Below are positions 62,734 to 64,000 of a stretch of DNA of 64,000 bases, piece after piece. Under the pieces are notes generated by a model. It was not told where the DNA came from. It did no database searches and worked only from the letters and a program-made list of their open reading frames with translations. The stretch spans positions 3,096-67,095 of the forward strand of contig CAYYUG010000002.1 in assembly GCA_964474755.1 (NCBI GenBank), given 5' to 3'. The stretch comes from an uncultured Rhodospirillaceae bacterium. GTDB lineage: Bacteria > Pseudomonadota > Alphaproteobacteria > UBA8366 > GCA-2717185. The number at the start of each line of letters is the position of its first letter. Positions within the stretch are counted from its first letter, which is position 1. Both the position numbers and the translations under genes were made by a program.

Positions 62734-63542
62734 CAGGCCGGCGCCGCAACGGGCATCTGAAGGATTGCACGGGTCGCTGCCGCTACGTTATCCTGGCGCA
62801 TCAGCGACTCACCGATCAGGAAGCAGCGCACGCCTTGCTCCGCGCAACGGGCGAGGTCGGCAGGCGAACTGAGACCGCTCTCACCGATGATCATGCGCCC
62901 TTCTGGGACGGTGGGTGCCAGTGTTTCGGTCGTCGCGAGGTCAACGTCGAGTGTCTTAAGGTTGCGGTTGTTGATTCCGATCAGATTTGACTTGAGCAAT
63001 AAGGCTTGTTCGAGTTCTTCGGCATTGTGGACCTCGACCAGCACGTCCATGTCGAGTTCTACCGCTAACTCTTCCAATTCGGCAGCCACACTATCTTCAA
63101 GAGCCGCCATAATTAACAGGATGCAGTCGCCACCGATCGCTCGCGTCTCATAGACCTGATAGGGGTCGAGCATGAAATCCTTGCGCATTATAGGCAGGTT
63201 CGTCGCCATCCGAGCTGCGGTCAGGTAGTCATTTTTGCCCTGAAAATAAGGTGTATCAGTCAGCACCGACAGACAGGTTGCGCCACCGGCTTGGTAGGCG
63301 CGTGCAATCACTGAAGGCGCAAAATCCTCACGAATTAGCCCTTTACTGGGTGACGCTTTTTTTAACTCTGCGATGAGCCCATAGTCGCCATCGGCAGAAG
63401 CCTCTCCAAGCGCCGTGGCGAAGCCTCGTGTAGGTGGTCCGTCGGCAGCACGAGATTTTATGTCGTTCAACGGTATTTCACTCTTACATGCAGCCACGTG
63501 GTCGCGCTTGTCGGCGCAGATTTTATCCAGAATGTCGCTCAT
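62733..63542 (-). CDS. trpC: indole-3-glycerol phosphate synthase
   Basis: [53 protein letters not shown]. Confidence 0.95.
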   Translation of the reverse strand: MSDILDKICADKRDHVAACKSEIPLNDIKSRAADGPPTRGFATALGEASADGDYGLIAELKKASPSKGLIREDFAPSVIARAYQAGGATCLSVLTDTPYFQGKNDYLTAARMATNLPIMRKDFMLDPYQVYETRAIGGDCILLIMAALEDSVAAELEELAVELDMDVLVEVHNAEELEQALLLKSNLIGINNRNLKTLDVDLATTETLAPTVPEGRMIIGESGLSSPADLARCAEQGVRCFLIGESLMRQDNVAAATRAILQMPVAAPA

Positions 63543-64000
63543 GCGTTGCTTTCATTGCTAATCGACACCATGCCGTCGAGAGCTGCCTTCGCGTTACCGT
63601 TAGCGATTGCCTCCACAGCCATGGCGACGCCGTCACGTAAGTCGCCAGCGCGGCCGGCGACCTTCAGCGCTGCGGCGGCACCGAAGAGCACGATATCGCG
63701 ATAGGCACTCTCTTCCCCCGCCAGTACAGCGCGTATCGCTGCCGCGTTGTAATGCGCATCGCCACCCTTTAGATCTTCTGGTTTGCACGCAGGCAGGCCT
63801 GCATCTTGTGGTGACAATTCAAAGGTCCGCGTTTCGCCTTCATAGTATTCACATATTGTCGAAGGGCCTGTCGTCGTCAACTCGTCAAGACCGTCCGATC
63901 CGTGCACGACCCAAGCCCGTTCCGCCCCCAGCTTGCCAAGCGTTTGCGCCATCGGCTCAATCCACTTGCGCGCATATGTGCCGACAAGAAGTCGTTTGAC
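63539..64000 (-). CDS. trpD: anthranilate phosphoribosyltransferase, C-terminal part (gene runs off the window)
   Basis: RAWVVHGSDGLDELTTTGPS, LKGGDAHYNAA, VLFGAAAALKVAG. The frame stays open to the window edge; ATGA-type overlap with trpC. Confidence 0.9.
   Translation of the reverse strand, partial: VKRLLVGTYARKWIEPMAQTLGKLGAERAWVVHGSDGLDELTTTGPSTICEYYEGETRTFELSPQDAGLPACKPEDLKGGDAHYNAAAIRAVLAGEESAYRDIVLFGAAAALKVAGRAGDLRDGVAMAVEAIANGNAKAALDGMVSISNESNA

Overview
This window is a chromosomal fragment of an alphaproteobacterium. Gene order and protein sequences look Rhodospirillales/Rhizobiales-like, but the taxon cannot be fixed from sequence alone.

Bases ~16.7-64 kb are a densely packed, conserved housekeeping region. 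It holds the complete 14-gene NADH:quinone oxidoreductase operon nuoA-N, then birA-coaX-rnj, mce, proS, lolCE-lolD and dnaE. Next comes the rpsB-tsf-pyrH-frr-uppS-cdsA-dxr-rseP-bamA-skp-lpxD-fabZ-lpxA-lpxI-lpxB block. On the minus strand follow gltA, gltX, lexA (with an alphaproteobacterial GTTC-N7-GTTC SOS box), moeA, moaC, trpC and the 3' part of trpD.

Bases 1-16.5 kb look accessory. They consist almost entirely of redox enzymes and transporters: two SDRs, an Rv2161c-type luciferase-like oxidoreductase, a visibly low-GC Old Yellow Enzyme islet, an EamA transporter and a DAO-family flavoprotein. No regulator gene and no mobility gene is present.

The most unusual element is a translationally coupled six-gene minus-strand operon (8447-14323). 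It joins a LuxE-like acyl-protein synthetase and a LuxC-like acyl reductase (no luciferase, no LuxD) to a NitT/TauT-type ABC importer and an SDR. Across a 0.77-kb AT-rich control region it faces a CmcJ/AsaB-type oxygenase-like protein that carries an unrecognisable ~190-aa N-terminal extension.

I found no rRNA, tRNA, CRISPR array, transposase or integrase. All calls rest on reading the supplied translations and DNA by eye; no database search was run.
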